Of a DNA stretch of 11,489 bases, positions 6,817 to 11,489 are shown in pieces. How positions within the stretch are numbered: the stretch's first letter is position 1; every line of letters begins with the position of its first letter. Below the pieces are notes generated by a model. The model worked only from the letters and a program-made list of their open reading frames with translations, searched no databases and was not told where the DNA came from. The stretch comes from an uncultured Verrucomicrobiae bacterium (GTDB lineage: Bacteria > Verrucomicrobiota > Verrucomicrobiia > Limisphaerales > JAFGQR01). A program made the translations under genes and the position numbers. Location: NCBI GenBank assembly GCA_963788655.1, contig CAWBHS010000046.1:1-11489 (forward strand), given 5' to 3'.

Positions 6817-7341
6817 ATGACTGAGCGTGAATACAATGACTTGCGGGAAATCAGTTGGCGGCGTCCGCTTCACCCCGCGGAAGAAGCCCAAGTGCAAACC
6901 TATCTGGCGTTGCACCCCGAAGCCCTGTCCGACTGGGAGGCCGAGTCCGGTCTAACCCATCTGTTGGACCAGACCGCGGATGTTCCGCTCGCTTCGAATT
7001 TTACCGCGCAGGTGTTGCAGGCCCTTGACCGCGAGGACGCCGCGCCCGCGCGAAGGGCGATCCTCGCCCGGTGGTGGCAGCGTTGGCTGCAAAACCCGTT
7101 GCCGCGTCTGGCGTGGGCCACGGCCATTCTGCTGGCGACGTTTTATGGCTACCAGCAATACCAGCATCATGAGCAGGAACAACTGACCAAAGGACTGGTC
7201 CAGTTCTCGCGAGCCAGCGGCCTGAATGAGCCAACCGTCTTCCAGGACTTTGACGTCATTCAACGATTGGGGCAGGTTCCGGCTCCGGCGGATGAGGAAC
7301 TGTGGCTGGTGTTGAGCAAAGCCCCCGCCCGGTCCAACTAG
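6817..7341 (+). CDS. Putative membrane-anchored anti-sigma factor
   Basis: Directly downstream of the ECF sigma. Helical N-terminus (LHPAEEAQVQTYLALHPEALSDW...VPLASNFTAQVLQAL), one TM segment (LAWATAILLATFYGY) and a short C-terminal domain. ATG 6817 has an AAGGAA RBS; the alternative start is 6802. Confidence 0.7.
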   Translation: MTEREYNDLREISWRRPLHPAEEAQVQTYLALHPEALSDWEAESGLTHLLDQTADVPLASNFTAQVLQALDREDAAPARRAILARWWQRWLQNPLPRLAWATAILLATFYGYQQYQHHEQEQLTKGLVQFSRASGLNEPTVFQDFDVIQRLGQVPAPADEELWLVLSKAPARSN

Positions 7342-7347
7342 ATTTTC

Positions 7348-8319
7348 ATGGAGCCACTTTACGGCATTCTTTATTTGGCCTTCAGCGCATGGAGCACCGC
7401 CAATTGGGTGCCCCCGCCGCAGCCGGTGCCAGGTTCATTTACGCCCAATGGACCGCCGGCGCCGCCGTCCTTCACGGTGCCCCAGCCGCCGACCGCGTTC
7501 TTCCGCGAATTGCTCGTGGCCAATGCCCAACAACGACACGAATTGCTGGCTAAACATCCGCCGGGCGAGCAACGTTTCCTGATCTCCAAAGTGCAGTACT
7601 ACGAATCCCTGTCTCCGGAACAGACGGAGGAGGAACTGCGCGCGCTGGAACTGCGCTGGTATCTCGCTTTCCTGATGCGCCAACCCCCGACCAACCGGAC
7701 GATCATGCTGAAAGATCTGCCGGAGAAAGATCGTCGGCTGGTGGAAACCCGGCTGGCGTTTTGGGACCGGCTCTCGGCCGACCTTCAAGATTCCATTCTC
7801 AAGAACGAAATCGCCATCCGCGTGCAGTACAGCCTGCCGCAGTTTGTAAAAACCCTCACCAATCTGCCGCCGATTCACCGTCGCAAGATTGCCGACGACA
7901 TTGCCCGGTGGAAGGCCATGCCGGCCAAGGAACAGCAGGTGGTTTATTGGAGTTACAAGCAGTTGTTCGAGTTGAATGAACCGCCCATGCCCCCGGGCGC
8001 GGTGCCCCCGAACGCGATGCCGCCGCCGTTGCCGGTGAACACCCTGTTGGTGCAGTTCAAACAACTCCCCTCCAGCGAGCAAAGCGACTGTCTGGCCAAT
8101 TTTCAACGATTCAAAGAACTGCCGCCGACGCAACGCGAACGCTTCGTCAAAGCCGCCCAGCGCTGGCTGAACATGAGCGAGGCCGAGCGGCAAGCGTGGC
8201 GGCAAGCCGTCAAGAGCGGCGCCACTCCGCCCTTGCCTGCCCGCCCGCCGATGCCACCAGGCTTTGTCCCTTCCCCGCGACCGCGCAGCCAGCCTCTTTC
8301 GCTGGACACCAACAAATAG
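7348..8319 (+). CDS. Proline-rich, probably exported helical-repeat protein (DUF3106-like)
   Basis: N-terminal hydrophobic stretch, Pro-rich linkers and repeated W/F-xx-L/M-P/S-xxxQ/R units (WDRLSADLQ, WKAMPAKEQ, FKQLPSSEQ, FKELPPTQR, WLNMSEAER). Starts 6 nt after the anti-sigma stop. Confidence 0.7.
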   Translation: MEPLYGILYLAFSAWSTANWVPPPQPVPGSFTPNGPPAPPSFTVPQPPTAFFRELLVANAQQRHELLAKHPPGEQRFLISKVQYYESLSPEQTEEELRALELRWYLAFLMRQPPTNRTIMLKDLPEKDRRLVETRLAFWDRLSADLQDSILKNEIAIRVQYSLPQFVKTLTNLPPIHRRKIADDIARWKAMPAKEQQVVYWSYKQLFELNEPPMPPGAVPPNAMPPPLPVNTLLVQFKQLPSSEQSDCLANFQRFKELPPTQRERFVKAAQRWLNMSEAERQAWRQAVKSGATPPLPARPPMPPGFVPSPRPRSQPLSLDTNK

Positions 8320-8403
8320 CCCTGTTGTTTCAGTCCCAATTCAATCGAAGCGCCAGCGTCAAGCAAGGCAGTGCTCCCGCTGCCGTAACGATTCAGTCAA
8401 AAA

Positions 8404-8551
8404 GGGGAGCGCGCCCGCCCCGGGCGCCGTGGTTGGCGCCTCGCCAACCACTTTCGAGGATCCCGAGGGATTCACTATTCAGTGGCTGCTCAGTCGCCGG
8501 GCCAATCGGCGAGGGCGCCGGTTGGCAGCGCCCGAGGCGGGCGCGCTCCCC
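8404..8551. repeat. 148-bp REPIN/MITE-like element with 24-bp terminal inverted repeats and two inner hairpins
   Basis: GGGGAGCGCGCCCGCCCCGGGCGC (8404-8427) matches the reverse complement of GCGCCCGAGGCGGGCGCGCTCCCC (8528-8551) at 23/24. Inner hairpins are GTGGTTGGCG-CCT-CGCCAACCAC and CCAATCGGCG-AGGG-CGCCGGTTGG. Confidence 0.8.
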
Positions 8552-8833
8552 CAACACAATTGCATGGATACGCCTTAGCAAATCAACCACCGGAAGGTGA
8601 GTGTCACCCATTTTGCAACGGCGGGCGGTCCCTCCGTTGGGAATGCGCCGGCTTGCCCTGTTGCTGCCGAGCCGATATTACGTCCAAGTTAAGTCCCGCC
8701 ATGTCCCAGACCATGCCGTGCCGTTTTGCAGGCTTGAGTTGCATCCAGTCGCCCCAGCATGAAAAGTCCCAAAAGGACGTATTGACCTTTCGGAGATTTT
8801 CTAGTGTTTTATTGCGCTTTGGCGCTCAGCGAT

Positions 8834-10133
8834 ATGAAGCTTACAAATGAGATTGTGCCTCCACCGCCGCCACCACCGATGGTGCAGAACACCTTCGCAG
8901 CGGTGCGAGAATTGTTCAGCCAGTTTGTGGTCCCCAGTTATGGGCGATTCGATCTCGCCTTTACGCGGGGTGCGGGAAGTTATTTGTGGGACGTGAACGG
9001 CAGGCGCTACCTCGATCTCGGCGGCGGCATTGCCGTGTGCGCACTGGGGCATGCGCATCCCGCGATTACCGAGGCGCTGGTGGAACAGTCGCAACGGTTG
9101 GTCCACATCTCGAACCTGTATTACCACGAACCGCAGGGACGCCTGGCGCAGGCAATCGTCCGGTTGATCGGACCGGGCAAGGTATTTTTCTCGAACAGTG
9201 GCGCCGAAGCCAACGAGGGTCTGTTCAAACTGGCCCGCAAGTTTGGCCATACCGAAGGCCGCTTCGAGGTTCTGACGGCGGTCAACTCCTTTCACGGACG
9301 CACGCTCGCGGGCATCGCGGCCACCGGCCAGGACAAAGTGAAGAAAGGCTTCGAGCCAATGATGGCCGGATTTCGGCACGTGCCCTTCAATGATCTTGCG
9401 GCCATGCGCGACGCCATTTCACCGGCAACGGCGGCGATCCTGATTGAAGGCATCCAGGGGGAAGGCGGCATTACGCCAGCCACTCCGGAATACCTGCTGG
9501 GCTTGCGGGCGCTGTGTGACGAAAAGAAACTGCTGCTCCTCATGGACGCGGTGCAGTGTGGGCATTTTCGCACCGGCCGATTTCAGAGTTTTCAGCGGAT
9601 TTTGGAAGGCGTGCCCGGTGGCGACCAATTTCTGCCCGACGGCATTTCGATGGCAAAATCCATGGGCGGTGGCTTCCCGATGGGCGCGTTCTGGGTGCGC
9701 GACCAACATGCCGATCGTGCTCGGTCCGGGCACGCATGCGACCACTTACGGTGGCACGCCGCTGGCGTGCGCGGTGGCGCTCAAGATCCTGGAAGTCATC
9801 GAGCGGGATCACCTGGCCGACCACGCCCGCGCCATCGGCGAGTTCATCAAGAACGGATTGGATCAACTGGCACAAAAGTATCCGCCCTGCATCCGTCGCG
9901 TACGGGGAATGGGCTTGATGCTCGGGTTTGAAATGGCGTCGGACATGCCAGTGTTCCGCGGCACCGGCAAAGCGCCCTCGCTCCAAATGGTCAACCGGCT
10001 GCACCAGGCGGGCGTGCTCACCATTCCGGCGGGCTTGCACGTGGTGCGTTTGCTGCCGGCGTTGAACCTACGGCAGGCCGAAGCCGAGGAGGGATTGAAC
10101 ATCATCGAGTCGGTGATGGCGAAATTGGCTTGA
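8834..10133 (+). CDS. argD: Acetylornithine aminotransferase (class III PLP); one apparent +1 frameshift near 9716
   Basis: GAGSYLWDVNGRRYLDLGGGIAVCALGH, FSNSGAEANE, SFHGRTL, EGIQGEGG, DAVQCG and AKSMGGGFP, then in the next frame LGPGTHATTYGGTPLACAVA...VRGMGLMLG...VVRLLPAL. Removing one base at about 9716 gives DQHADVLGPGTH. Adjacent to argF. Confidence 0.92.
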
Positions 10134-10229
10134 TAGATTTCACTGAAACAGCGGCGATCAAAAGTTCGCCCGCCCGTTCGAAAGAAGAGTTGCTCCAAGA
10201 TATTCGCCGCCACGTCCGTAATGATTGTT

Positions 10230-11175
10230 ATGAAACATCTGTTGAGTTTGGAAACGATGTAGCGGCTGGACATGGAAGCCGTATTGAAGTCGGCCCCCGG
10301 TTCAAAAAGCAGCGGGGCAACCGTCCCGCCCAGCCTTTGACGGGCCAGACGTGGGCCCTGCTGTTCGCCAAATCCTCGACCCGCACCCGCGTTTCCTTTG
10401 AAGTCGCCATCCGGGAAATGGGCGGGCAGTCGATGTTTCTCAGCGCCAGCGAAATTCAACTCGGCCGCGGCGAACCAATCAAGGACACCGCCCGCGTGCT
10501 GGGCCGGATGGTTCACGGAGCCGTCATCCGCACCTTCGCCCAAAGCGATGTCGAGGAGTTTGCGGGGTATGCCGGCATTCCCACAATCAATGCGCTCACC
10601 GATGAGGAACATCCCTGCCAGATTCTGACGGACATTTTCGTTCCAGGAAAAGCGCGGACCGATTCGGGGACAGGGTGGTGACATTCCTCGGCGACGGCGC
10701 GTGCAATGTGGCGCTCTCGTGGATTTTCGCGGCCGCCAAGCTGGGCTTTGAACTGCGGATCGCCGCGCCCAAGGATTTCCAACCGCCGGAGGATTTGCTG
10801 CGTCGCCGGCGGGTCAAGGTGGCGGCGCTGTCGGATGGGGTATGACGGCGAATTCCCAAGTGGCGGCCGAATACTCATCACCGAGCACATGGAACAGGCA
10901 GCCACGAATGCCGACCTGCTGTACACCGACGTCTGGGTGTCCATGGGCAAGGAAGCCGAAGCCACCGAGCGCTTGAATACCCTGGCGCCTTCCAACTGAA
11001 CCAGTCCGTCGTCAAACTGGCCAAGCCCGACGCGCTGGTCATGCATTGCCTGCCCGCGTACCGCGGCAAAGAAATCGACGAAGACACTTTCGAAGCCCAC
11101 GCCGCAACCATCTTCGATCAGGCGGAAAACCGGTTGCACGTGCAAAAAGCGATCCTGGACTGGATTGTAGCTTAA
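10230..11175 (+). CDS. argF: Ornithine carbamoyltransferase; as given it has one in-frame stop and about five frameshifts (likely sequence errors)
   Basis: MKHLLSLE start at ATG 10230, KSSTRTRVSFE, QLGRGEPIKDTARVL, NALTDEEHPCQILTD, FLGDGACNVA, YTDVWVSMGKE, MHCLPAYRGKEI, FDQAENRLHVQKAIL and TAA at 11173-11175, spread over different frames. Confidence 0.92.
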
Positions 11176-11178
11176 GTA

Positions 11179-11489
11179 ATGAATGATGCCGCTTCGCAGT
11201 CGATGCAGTTCCTGTTGACGTTGCCGCCGGGGATGGCGCGCGAGTTTGCCGCCCTCGAAGGCAAATCTCCGCCGGCATGGTTTGCCACCAGCGATCCCGC
11301 CGGCTCGAAACTCGGTTCCGGTGGCGGCACGGCGAATTTGCTGGCGGAAGCCTGTGGCGTGCCACCGGGGCGAACCAGCCGTTTGAGCAATGGCTCAATG
11401 CCAGCCGCAAGTTGATCATCGATGGCGGCGGACAAAGCCGGCGGCTGCCTGCATACGCACCGGTGGGCAAACTGCTCATGCCCATACCG
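11179..11489 (+). CDS. fkp: N-terminus of bifunctional L-fucokinase / L-fucose-1-phosphate guanylyltransferase (partial, frameshifted near 11355-11385)
   Basis: MQFLLTLPP...WFATSDPAGSKLGSGGGTANLL, then in another frame FEQWLNASRKLIIDGGGQSRRLPAYAPVGKLLMPIP. Both match my recollection of the Bacteroides Fkp N-terminus. Confidence 0.85.

Noticed and set aside
8783..8812. Sigma70 promoter for argD (TTGACC ... TAGTGT)
   Set aside because: The spacer is only 14 nt and no good -10 lies at 16-18 nt.
10130..10229. N-terminal extension of ArgF from the ORF-track start at 10130
   Set aside because: The conserved MKHLLSL start is at 10230 in another frame; the extension is a frameshift artefact.

Overview
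GC-rich bacterial window; gene content and repeat style suggest Verrucomicrobia, which is an inference. The right part is mostly housekeeping: glnD (minus) divergent from an ECF sigma / anti-sigma / DUF3106-like operon with two matching ECF-type promoters, then argD, argF and the start of fkp. The last three carry frameshifts that are probably sequence errors. The left 2.7 kb is the notable part. On the minus strand it holds an integron-type cassette array: an attI-like site, a 254-bp ORF-less cassette with a canonical attC, and the start of a second cassette gene, with no integrase gene next to it. A complete 2209-nt group II intron (AGC-triad domain V, RT/maturase without endonuclease, so not class C) sits inside the attC R' core (GTTAG|GC) in the same orientation as the cassettes. 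Its EBS1 loop (CUAACG) is exactly complementary to the attC R' sequence CGTTAG. This points to a sense-strand, base-pairing-directed attC-homing intron, distinct from the known antisense class C-attC introns.
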